The notes under the pieces: model-generated
What the model saw: only the letters and a program-made list of their open reading frames with translations
Told to the model about the DNA's origin: nothing
Database searches by the model: none
Program-made: the position numbers and the translations under genes
DNA from: Vicinamibacteria bacterium
Lineage (GTDB): Bacteria > Acidobacteriota > Vicinamibacteria > Marinacidobacterales > Marinacidobacteraceae
NCBI GenBank assembly: GCA_964291235.2
Contig: OZ219816.1
Span: 1,376,001-1,440,000, forward strand
Direction of reading: 5' to 3'
DNA length: 64,000 nucleotides
Shown: positions 1 through 7,926 of the stretch, one piece after another
Numbering within the stretch: position 1 is the stretch's first letter
How the letters are laid out: each line of letters begins with the position of its first letter

Positions 1-395
1 GGCGCGCGGCGCGCCGGGGCCTCTGCCTCGTCCTCCGCGTCCTCCCCTTCCGCCCCCTCGCCTCCGGCCTCCGTCTCCCCGGCGCCCTCTTCGTCCGAAG
101 CCTCGGCCGGTACTTCTTCCCCGGTCGCGGAGGCCTCCTCATCCGCCGCCGGGGCTTCCTCCACATCCTCCTCTCCCTCGGGCGGTTGCGCGGGTGGTTC
201 GGGGGGTTGCTCGGGCGGCTGCCCGGGCGGTTGCTCGGGGGGTTGGGAGCGGCTCAGGGCCGCCCACCGTTCAGGCGGCGGTGGTGCCTCGGCGCGCGTG
301 ACTCCCGGGATCAAGAGCAAGAGGCCATACAAGAGCCCCAGAGCCAAGCCGGGAAGGCGCCCCGCCGGGGCGTTTCCACAGGGACTGTCGCGCAC
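1..395 (-). CDS. Exported protein, N-terminal part only (runs off the window edge); Pro/Glu-rich low-complexity linker
   Basis: Not in the ORF track (no stop in window). Manual minus-strand translation from GTG at 395 gives a hydrophobic signal-like stretch (GLALGLLYGLLLLIPGVTRAEA), then QPPE repeats and an acidic tract (GEEDVEEAPAADEEAS...). Start uncertain. Confidence 0.65.
   Translation of the reverse strand, partial: MRDSPCGNAPAGRLPGLALGLLYGLLLLIPGVTRAEAPPPPERWAALSRSQPPEQPPGQPPEQPPEPPAQPPEGEEDVEEAPAADEEASATGEEVPAEASDEEGAGETEAGGEGAEGEDAEDEAEAPARRA
177..245 (-). repeat. Degenerate 12-bp tandem repeat encoding QPPE-like units
   Basis: Translates as QPPE-QPPG-QPPE-QPPE-PPA-QPPE. Confidence 0.8.
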
Positions 396-481
396 CTTGG
401 CTAAACGTTCACGTGGCCCCTGTCCTGCATTGCTGGCAGCGAAGCGCCAACCCGAGGGGGCCGGACCAACCTTTACCCTAG

Positions 482-678
482 CAGCCTGTGAACAAAGTGG
501 AGCGGCATTCGAGCGGCGATCCATCGCGGCTGAAACGCTCCGCGCTGCTGCGCTCGTCGTTGCGCTTCGGTCGCAATACCTCGGGTATTCCTCCCTCGCC
601 CGCCGCCCCCACCGGGAGAACTGGGTCAGCCGCGCGCCTCCCCGCTCTCGATGCTCACCCCACCTTGTCCACACGCTG
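482..678. mobile_element. MITE-like element, eroded copy
   Basis: GCAGCCTGTGAACAAAGTGG (481-500) matches the reverse complement of 660-679 (GCAGCGTGTGGACAAGGTGG) at 17/20. Internal CCCCACCGGGAGAACTGGG (607-625) is the exact reverse complement of 40345-40363. No matching target duplication. Confidence 0.6.
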
Positions 679-700
679 CCCGCAGCCTGTGAACTGAAAG

Positions 701-3700
701 ATGAGGATCGCTCGGCTGCCGTCTGTCCTGATGGTCGCGGGGGCATTCGGAGTCTTCGCCACCGCGCTGGTGGATGCCGCGAGCCGGTTCAGCGTCCTGC
801 CCGATGCGCTTCATGCTGGCGTGGCCGCCGGATCGGCGCTCTTGCTGCTCTTCGTCGTCGTCCGCCGGGACGCTTTGAGGGATGGCCGCGGGCGACTCGC
901 GTTGGTACTTGCCGGGGCGGCGTTCGCGGCGCTTTGCTGTCGGCTCCCGCTCAACCGAACCATCACCGCCGGTCCGGAATCCGCCGCCCGCGCGGCCGAT
1001 CGAGTGGACACCTTCCTCGGGAATCTCACGCGCGAGGTGGGGGACGCCGCCTACCTCGTCGCTCGCACGCCGGCGGTACCTGCCGCCCTCGAAGGCTCCG
1101 ACGCCGGCGACACCGAAGCGCGGGCGTTTCGCGCGCTTGCCGAGTGGCCCCACCCGGGAACCGCGATCGGTGCTGGCGGCGCCACTCTCTACGACCGCCA
1201 ATTGAGGCCTTTGGCCTGGTCCGGAGGAAACCCGGATTTCGAAGCGGCCCTCGGCGAGGCCTTTCCGGACGGCGTCCGCGAGGAACAGTGTCCGGATCCG
1301 GCGTTTCCATTGTTTCTGTACAGCGAAGGCGGCCGGCGCGGTTACCTGGCGGCCGCCGAATGCACCCGGAACCTGCTTGGAATCGTGACGGTGGAAGTCC
1401 CGCTCCGGGAGGCATCTCCGCCTTCCTCGGGCACCGCACCGCTCTCTGCGTTGGAATTCGCCGCCGGCCGGGGACTCGAAACCCAGTTCGTGGATGTTTC
1501 CGCGGATCTGCAGACGCTGGCCCAGCTCTTCGAGCGGCGCGGGGACCGCTTCGTGGACGGCGCTCCCGACGCGCAGCGCTACTACTTCGCTCTGAGGGCC
1601 TACGACGGGCAGTTGCTCGGCGCCGCCAGCACCGCCGTGGCTCCTGCCGCCGCCCGCCGGGCGGAACGAGAGGCAGAGGCGGCGCTTTCCGCAACGCTGA
1701 TCCTTCTGTTGGTCAGCCTCATCCTTCTCCCGAGCCTTTGGCGCTCGGGAGACCTGGGAGCGCTGGCAGCCATCTGGACGCTGAGATTCAGCCTTTCCGC
1801 GTTGCTGGGCACCCTCCCTTCGGGGCCCGGCACCGCGCTCCCCGAGGCCTTGTTGGGCACCTCCCTCGTGCCAGTCCTTGCCGACTCGCCGCTCATGGCG
1901 GTGGTGACGGCAGCGGCGATCTTTCTCTCGGCGCGGATCGTCACCGCCCGGCTCCGGCCGGGTTCCGCGGGAAGGACGGCTCTCGGCAGCCAGGCGTTGC
2001 TCCGCGGGCTGGGAGCCGGCGGGGCGGCAGTGGCCGCTGCCGCCCTCGTCGGGAGCGCCGGATTCTCCGGCGGTGCACCTCTCACCCCCACCTGGGCTCT
2101 CCACACCCGCTGGCCGGAGGTGCTCGGCTGGACGGCGCTGCTGCTTGCCCTCGCTGGACTCTTGATGCTCATGCAGAGCCTGCTGCGGCCCGAAATCCCG
2201 GCCGTGGTGGCCGCGGCTGCGGTGGTCGCCGGGTCCGTCGTGTTTGCGCCCGGAGTGTCTCCTCTGTTCGCGGTGCTTCCCCTGCTGGCAGGTTCCCTTC
2301 TGGCTTTTTGGCGCCGCGGGCGGCTGTCCCTGAGGCACCTCAGGCAACCGCTGATTTCGCACGAACCCGGCTTCTCGTTCGTGGTGGCCTTCTTGCTGTT
2401 CGCCGTCCCGTCGGTGGTTCTGTATCCGGCGATGGTCTGGAATGAAGACAACGTCCGCCGGCGTTACGTGTCGGACGCCGCTCCCGTGCAGACCCTGCGG
2501 CATCGCTTCGCGGTATGCCACGCGCTGGAAGAGGCGACGCGCACGCTCGACGGGGAAGCTCCCGCCCTCGGCCGCCTTCGCCCGGACACCGCGTATCGGC
2601 TCTGGCTGGCGACCGGACTGCCACGGTTGACGGTCGCCAGCGCGCTTGAGGTGCGAGGAGCGGGCGGGCAGCGCTCCCGGTTCGGGGTTGGCCTTCCCCG
2701 CCGGCCCGATCCTCCCTCCTCCGCGCCCTCCCCGACTCGTTGGAGTCCAATTCCCGGGTGTCAGGTGGCATCGGGGATCGAAGCCGTCCTGGAAACGGAA
2801 CGGCGTTTTCCTTCGGGGTTGAGTGTCACCCTGCGGGTTGCCGACCGCGCTTCGGAGATTCCTTTTCTGCCCCGCGCCGCCGGGATCGCGGACCATTTCC
2901 TCCTGCGCGGCGATGCCGCACCCGCGGTGTTTCGGGGGAGAGACCTCCGCCTGAGCCACCGCCAGACCCTTCCGGGGCAAGGCGCCGATGGACGCGACGA
3001 ATTCGGCGTCGTGGTGCACGGCGAGCCCTTCGTCGTCTCTTGGCGCCGCACCGGAATTGCGGACCACGCGGCCGCTCTCCTGGGCTGGGGTTTTCTGGCG
3101 GCGCTGATGGCTCTCCTGGTGGCTGTCGGCGCCCGCGCCCGTCTGCTCTTTCCGCGTCGGGGCGGCCGCCTCCGGAGGCGCAGCTTTCAGATGCAGCTGA
3201 CCGAGACGCTCGCGGCGGCGGTGCTTATCGCCATTCTCGGGGTCGCGGTCTTCGCGCAAGAGCGCCTCGGAGTGCTGCTCCGTACCGCCAGCGACCGGGA
3301 AGCGATCTCGCGCTCGTTTTCCGTCCGGCGCGTGGCCCAGGAGCTCGCGGCCCTCGATCCGCTCATTCCGCGTGACGAGCTCGGCTTCCGGCTTGCACAG
3401 GCCGCCGACCAGCTCGACACCGACGCGGCCCTCTATAACGGCGGCGAACTGGTCGCCGTCAGCCGCCCCGAACTCGCGCAGACCGGACTTCTGCCGCCAC
3501 GCCCACCACCCGCCGCGATTCTTCCCTCCGCCTCTTCCGATCCGTTTCTCAGTATCCAGGAAGCCGGCTCGCTCCGATATCGGATCGTCTGGATTCACCT
3601 GGACACTCCGGCGCGGCTCCACGGCCCGCTACTCCTCGCAGTCCCGCTCCCCGCCGACGAAGCCGCGCGCCTCGAGAGTGTGCGGGCCATTCAGCGAACC

Positions 3701-4645
3701 CTCATCCTCGGAAGCGGGTCCCTGGCGCTGGTCTTTGCCATCGTGCTCCCCGGATTGCTCGCGCGCCGGCTGGCCGCGCCCGTCCGGGGCCTGGCCCGCG
3801 CTACCGGGCGGATTGCCGACGGGGATCTTCAGGCCCGGGTTCCGGTGCACGGCACACTCACGGAATTGCGGCTGCTCTCCGCCAGCGTGGAGCGTCTCGT
3901 CCGGCGCATCCCGGACGTTCGCCGGCAAATGCGGGAGGAAGCCGCCGCGGATCTCGCGAGGCGCGTCGCCCATGACATCAAGAACGCCCTCGCTCCCATC
4001 GGGCTGGCGGCCGACTACATCCGGCGCGTGCTACGGGAGCCACGCGGCCAGGATCCGCAGCAGGCGGTGGACGAGGGCGTCTCGGAAATCCTCGATCAGG
4101 TGGAGCGCCTTCGACGCATTTCTTCGGAGTTCTCCGCTCTTGGCGCCCCGCTTCGGCTGGCGGCGACCGACGTGACCAAGTTGGTCGGCGCCACTGTCGC
4201 TCCGTACCTGAGGCCCCATTCGCGGCCACGCGTCGTCTTCCATGGCCTACCGACTCCGCTCGCTCGCGTCGATCCGGAGATCGTCTCGCGAATCGTGGAA
4301 AACCTCATGCAGAACGCGCTCGAGGCCATCCACGATTCTCCCGACCTCGCGCCCGAGGACGCCGAGGTCCGGGTCCGGGTGTTGCCCGAGCGGCGAGATC
4401 GCTGGATCCGGATCGAGGTGGAGGACAACGGACCCGGCGTGCCGAAGGACCTTCGTGAGCGGATCTTCGACGCCGCGTTCTCGACCCGAACGCGCGGGTC
4501 CGGACTTGGGCTCGCCAATGCCCGCCGGTTCACCGAGGCCCACGGCGGAAAGGTCAGCGCGCGCCAGAGGGCGGACAGCCGCTCCGGGCTGCTGCTTACC
4601 GTGGAGTTGCCGGTGAAAGGCCCGCGGGAGCCGGATCCGCCGTGA
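701..4645 (+). CDS. Very large multi-TM sensor histidine kinase (HAMP-HisKA-HATPase, NtrY-like C-terminus)
   Basis: H-box VAHDIKNALAPI, N-box ENLMQNALEA, G1 EDNGPGV, G2 GSGLGL; HAMP-like LAAPVRGLARATGRIADGDL; many hydrophobic segments upstream. Confidence 0.92.
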   Translation: MRIARLPSVLMVAGAFGVFATALVDAASRFSVLPDALHAGVAAGSALLLLFVVVRRDALRDGRGRLALVLAGAAFAALCCRLPLNRTITAGPESAARAADRVDTFLGNLTREVGDAAYLVARTPAVPAALEGSDAGDTEARAFRALAEWPHPGTAIGAGGATLYDRQLRPLAWSGGNPDFEAALGEAFPDGVREEQCPDPAFPLFLYSEGGRRGYLAAAECTRNLLGIVTVEVPLREASPPSSGTAPLSALEFAAGRGLETQFVDVSADLQTLAQLFERRGDRFVDGAPDAQRYYFALRAYDGQLLGAASTAVAPAAARRAEREAEAALSATLILLLVSLILLPSLWRSGDLGALAAIWTLRFSLSALLGTLPSGPGTALPEALLGTSLVPVLADSPLMAVVTAAAIFLSARIVTARLRPGSAGRTALGSQALLRGLGAGGAAVAAAALVGSAGFSGGAPLTPTWALHTRWPEVLGWTALLLALAGLLMLMQSLLRPEIPAVVAAAAVVAGSVVFAPGVSPLFAVLPLLAGSLLAFWRRGRLSLRHLRQPLISHEPGFSFVVAFLLFAVPSVVLYPAMVWNEDNVRRRYVSDAAPVQTLRHRFAVCHALEEATRTLDGEAPALGRLRPDTAYRLWLATGLPRLTVASALEVRGAGGQRSRFGVGLPRRPDPPSSAPSPTRWSPIPGCQVASGIEAVLETERRFPSGLSVTLRVADRASEIPFLPRAAGIADHFLLRGDAAPAVFRGRDLRLSHRQTLPGQGADGRDEFGVVVHGEPFVVSWRRTGIADHAAALLGWGFLAALMALLVAVGARARLLFPRRGGRLRRRSFQMQLTETLAAAVLIAILGVAVFAQERLGVLLRTASDREAISRSFSVRRVAQELAALDPLIPRDELGFRLAQAADQLDTDAALYNGGELVAVSRPELAQTGLLPPRPPPAAILPSASSDPFLSIQEAGSLRYRIVWIHLDTPARLHGPLLLAVPLPADEAARLESVRAIQRTLILGSGSLALVFAIVLPGLLARRLAAPVRGLARATGRIADGDLQARVPVHGTLTELRLLSASVERLVRRIPDVRRQMREEAAADLARRVAHDIKNALAPIGLAADYIRRVLREPRGQDPQQAVDEGVSEILDQVERLRRISSEFSALGAPLRLAATDVTKLVGATVAPYLRPHSRPRVVFHGLPTPLARVDPEIVSRIVENLMQNALEAIHDSPDLAPEDAEVRVRVLPERRDRWIRIEVEDNGPGVPKDLRERIFDAAFSTRTRGSGLGLANARRFTEAHGGKVSARQRADSRSGLLLTVELPVKGPREPDPP

Positions 4646-5133
4646 TGAGGAACGCCCCCGCGAAGGTCCGCTGGGTCGCCGCGATCCTCGCCGGATCGCT
4701 CCTGACCTCGGCCCTCTGTGCTCCCGCGCCACCCCCTCCGGACGACCTCGAGGAGATCCTGGGCCGTTTCCGGCGAGCGTTCGAGGAGGCGGACGCCCAT
4801 CACCTGGAGAGTCTCTATCCCGCGGGCTGGGCCCTCGTGGCCTTTGCCGGGGAAACCCGCCGCAGCGCGTCCGGCGACGAGCTGAGGCGGGGCCTGGAGC
4901 GCTTGTTCCGGAACCGGACTCCGATCAGCTACGAGGAGCGGCCCCGTTCCATTCGCCGCTCGGCGGACGGTGGCTATGTCCTGTTCGTTCCGCAGTGGAC
5001 CAGCATGGCGACCGGAACCGACCGGTACGTCGTCGAGGCATTCCGGATCGGCCTGGAGCAGGTGCCGACCCAGCCGCCCCAAACTCCCCCAAACCGCTGG
5101 GAGATCCGCGAGTTCACCGCCTGGACCCGTTGA
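4645..5133 (+). CDS. Secreted NTF2/SnoaL-like protein
   Basis: N-terminal signal-like segment, then FRRAFEEADAHHLESLYP and terminal WEIREF, typical of NTF2-like folds. The ATG at 4645 overlaps the kinase stop (TGATG). Confidence 0.6.
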   Translation: MRNAPAKVRWVAAILAGSLLTSALCAPAPPPPDDLEEILGRFRRAFEEADAHHLESLYPAGWALVAFAGETRRSASGDELRRGLERLFRNRTPISYEERPRSIRRSADGGYVLFVPQWTSMATGTDRYVVEAFRIGLEQVPTQPPQTPPNRWEIREFTAWTR

Positions 5134-5186
5134 ATCGCGCCGCCGGCAGGGAGTGCCCGGGAGAGCCGCCGAACGCTTCGGGCCGG

Positions 5187-6002
5187 CTACGGACCGCGAT
5201 TCTCGCCGTTGCTCCGGCCCGGTGCGACGGGGGGGCCGGCCGATGCCGGATCCGGTTCCCGAGGGCCGGCCGGGGCCGAGCGAACGAACCGGGCCCCCAA
5301 TCCGCGAACGCCCCGAATCAGCGGGGAAGCGGCGTATCCGAATGCGAGAATCAGGAACATCGCCACCGGTTCCGCGATTGTCGCCACGATGAAGACCGCC
5401 AACACCACCAGCGTCCGGTGGGACTGGGGTTTCCGCCCCGTCTGACTCTTGAAGCTCGGGTAGCGCACCGGGCTGTTCATCAGGAGCGCGAGCCCGAGCG
5501 TTCCGAAGAGGCAGGCGGCCGCCGCCAGCGGGCTCTCGGGGGGAGCCGGATGCCAATACGTCACGGCGCCCACTACGGCGGCCGCCGAGGGCGAGGACAT
5601 CCCGGTGTAATAGCGGGGATCGACATCGAGCCGCCCCACGTTGAACCGGGCAAGGCGCACGGCGGCGCAGATGGTGAACAAAGCAGCAACCAGCCATCCG
5701 GTCTGCGGCCAGCGGTGAAGGACCCACGCGTAGGTGAGGACCGCGGGCGCCACCCCGAACGAGACGACATCCGCCAGCGAATCCAGCTCGCGGCCGAATT
5801 CGCTCGTGGCTCCGGCGAACCGCGCCACCCGGCCGTCCACCAGATCGGCGAGGATGGCGAATCCGATGATGAGCCCGGCGCTGCCGAACTCCCCGCGAAA
5901 GCTCTGGACGATCGAGAAAAACCCCAAGAAGATGTTGGCGACCGTAAAGACTGCCGGCAGCAGGAAGACCCCGCGTCGCGTCCGGAGGCGCTGGCGCTTC
6001 AT
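5187..6002 (-). CDS. pssA: CDP-diacylglycerol--serine O-phosphatidyltransferase
   Basis: LPAVFTVANIFLG; CDP-alcohol motif DLVDGRVAR...FGRELDSLADVVSFGVAP; RLARFNV. Start set at ATG 6002, overlapping the psd stop. Confidence 0.93.
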   Translation of the reverse strand: MKRQRLRTRRGVFLLPAVFTVANIFLGFFSIVQSFRGEFGSAGLIIGFAILADLVDGRVARFAGATSEFGRELDSLADVVSFGVAPAVLTYAWVLHRWPQTGWLVAALFTICAAVRLARFNVGRLDVDPRYYTGMSSPSAAAVVGAVTYWHPAPPESPLAAAACLFGTLGLALLMNSPVRYPSFKSQTGRKPQSHRTLVVLAVFIVATIAEPVAMFLILAFGYAASPLIRGVRGLGARFVRSAPAGPREPDPASAGPPVAPGRSNGENRGP

Positions 6003-6643
6003 TCCCACTTCCCGATAACCGTCAGGCCACCCCGAACACGATCCCCCGGCCGGACGGTGAGCGCGACGCCGGGCGGTAGCAACAGATCGGTCCTCGACCC
6101 GAATCGAATCAACCCGAAGCGGTCGCCTCGCGCGAGGCGGTCGCCGGCCTGAACGCGGCAAACGATCCGGCGCGCCACGACTCCCGCGATCTGACGCACC
6201 CGCACGGCGCCCCAGTCCGTCGCCATTTCCAATTCGCTTCGCTCATTCCGTTCGGCCGCGTCTTTGCGGAAAGCCGCCCGGAACGCTCCCTGACGATAAC
6301 GCACGGCCGTCACCCCGCCAGAGACCGGGGCCCGATTGATGTGCACATCGAAAATCGACAGAAAAATGCTGACCCGCTGGGTTCCCGGCTCCCCCTCCTC
6401 CGCCGGACCCACCGCGGTCACCCGGCCGTCCGCCGGTGCGAGGAGGGCATTGCGGTCGCCCGGAGGGCGCCGATCCGGATCCCGAAAGAAGAAGGCGCAA
6501 AAACCCGCCGCCAACAACAGTGCCCAGCCGATCCAGCCGGTCGCTTCGCTGGCGCTCGCTTGCGCGGCGGCCAGCGCGCCGATCCCGGCCATCAGGGGAA
6601 CCGCCACGAAGCCCCGGCCCTCCGGGGCGATCGGAAGCCTCAT
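5999..6643 (-). CDS. psd: Phosphatidylserine decarboxylase proenzyme
   Basis: FFRDPDR, APADGRV, SIFLSIFDVHINRAP, NERSE, autocleavage motif RFGSRTD; adjacent to pssA. Confidence 0.95.
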   Translation of the reverse strand: MRLPIAPEGRGFVAVPLMAGIGALAAAQASASEATGWIGWALLLAAGFCAFFFRDPDRRPPGDRNALLAPADGRVTAVGPAEEGEPGTQRVSIFLSIFDVHINRAPVSGGVTAVRYRQGAFRAAFRKDAAERNERSELEMATDWGAVRVRQIAGVVARRIVCRVQAGDRLARGDRFGLIRFGSRTDLLLPPGVALTVRPGDRVRGGLTVIGKWE

Positions 6644-6696
6644 CCGGCTATCGGCAGGCTGGCACTCGGAAGGGTGGGCTCAAGTGCGCCGGACCC

Positions 6697-6942
6697 TCAC
6701 ACAGAAGCCGCGAGCTCGGCGATACGGTCCTTGAGAGCCAGCTTGCGCTTCTTCATCACCGCCGCTTCGTGCTGCTGGACAGGTGAGAGATGCCCGAATC
6801 TGGCGAGTTCTTGTAGTTGCTCGTCGAGAGCGCGATGTCGCCGGATCAGTTCATCGAGATCGGGGGACTCGGTGGATGTGGCTGCCGGGTCGGCGCCGGC
6901 CACCACTACGGTGTCGATTTCGGTCTGGTCTTCTTGTTTCAT
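6697..6942 (-). CDS. YdcH/DUF465-like small coiled-coil protein
   Basis: HRALDEQL...MKKRKLALKDRI pattern. Confidence 0.75.
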   Translation of the reverse strand: MKQEDQTEIDTVVVAGADPAATSTESPDLDELIRRHRALDEQLQELARFGHLSPVQQHEAAVMKKRKLALKDRIAELAASV

Positions 6943-7011
6943 GAATGCCTCCAGGATTCCAAGGAACGTCGGCGTCTGGAACCGCTTCGGAACAACACAG
7001 CTAATGGGTGG

Positions 7012-7764
7012 CTATAGCGTAACGGAACGGCTCGCCTTCCCTCCGTGAATGTCGGGATCACGAAGGTATAGCGGTTCGAGCGTGGACTCCCCCGCGTTTG
7101 CGGCTTCGAGTCCCAGCCGGAGCGCGGACGGCGCCAGCGGCCACCGGCTTTCGGCGATCTCCAGACCCGGAGCGCCGCCGGCGATGCGGTCGCGGTAGCG
7201 CCCGACCCCCGGTCCACAGATACGGCGGACGCCCCATTCCTCCGCCCACCGACCGGCGTCTTCGGGCAGGAGCAGACGAGGCCCCGAGACCCCGCACCCG
7301 ACGCCCTCGCCTTCATAGACCGCGGCGAAGAGCTCACCCCGCAGCGCGTCCACGAGCACCAGGCGACGATGAGACCCGCGCCCTTCGAAGTTGGCGTCGG
7401 CGAGAGCTGCGGCATCCAGGCTGGAGACCCCAACCGCGGGAACGCCCGCCGCCAGGGCAAACCCCTGCGCGGTGGCCAGACCGATCCGAAGCCCGGTGAA
7501 CGAGCCCGGCCCCCGCGTGGCAACCAGCAGGACAACCTGGACACTCGCGAGGTTCGCCTCTCCCAGAACCCCGCGGATGGCCGGGAGCAACCTGCGGGCG
7601 TGCCGGTTCGACGGCTCAAACGTTCGCACCACCTCCCCGGTCACGCCGGAATCGGCGTCCGTCCAACCGAGGGCAACGCTGCCGAGCGCCCCGGTGGTGT
7701 CGAGCGCCAGGATCGGGCCGGAGATTCGTTCGCGGCGCGCGCCCTCCGCCTTCGACTCTCGCAA
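7012..7764 (-). CDS. tsaB: tRNA threonylcarbamoyladenosine biosynthesis protein TsaB
   Basis: ILALDTT, HARRLLPAI, GPGSFTGLRIG, DALRGE, EPLYLR. Confidence 0.95.
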   Translation of the reverse strand: MRESKAEGARRERISGPILALDTTGALGSVALGWTDADSGVTGEVVRTFEPSNRHARRLLPAIRGVLGEANLASVQVVLLVATRGPGSFTGLRIGLATAQGFALAAGVPAVGVSSLDAAALADANFEGRGSHRRLVLVDALRGELFAAVYEGEGVGCGVSGPRLLLPEDAGRWAEEWGVRRICGPGVGRYRDRIAGGAPGLEIAESRWPLAPSALRLGLEAANAGESTLEPLYLRDPDIHGGKASRSVTL

Positions 7765-7926
7765 GACGCCTCGAATCCTACTTGCGGTTGGGTCGAGAGC
7801 CGCGCCCTTTGTTGCGGTCCGGCGGCGAGCATCTCCCCGTCCACTTCACGCGGCGCGGTGACAAACGCCTGCGGCCGCCAGGGGCTCCCCCTTCCCGAAC
7901 GCTCTCCTCCGAGAGACAATCGGGGC

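Noticed and set aside
298-3622. Long ORFs 298-2445 (+) and 626-3622 (-), and similar ones such as 18853-20712, 33955-36102, 39395-41662, 51602-53380 and 59899-61494
   Set aside because: Off-frame or antisense shadows of clearly identified genes. They are Arg/Pro/Gly-rich with no motifs, as expected at high GC.
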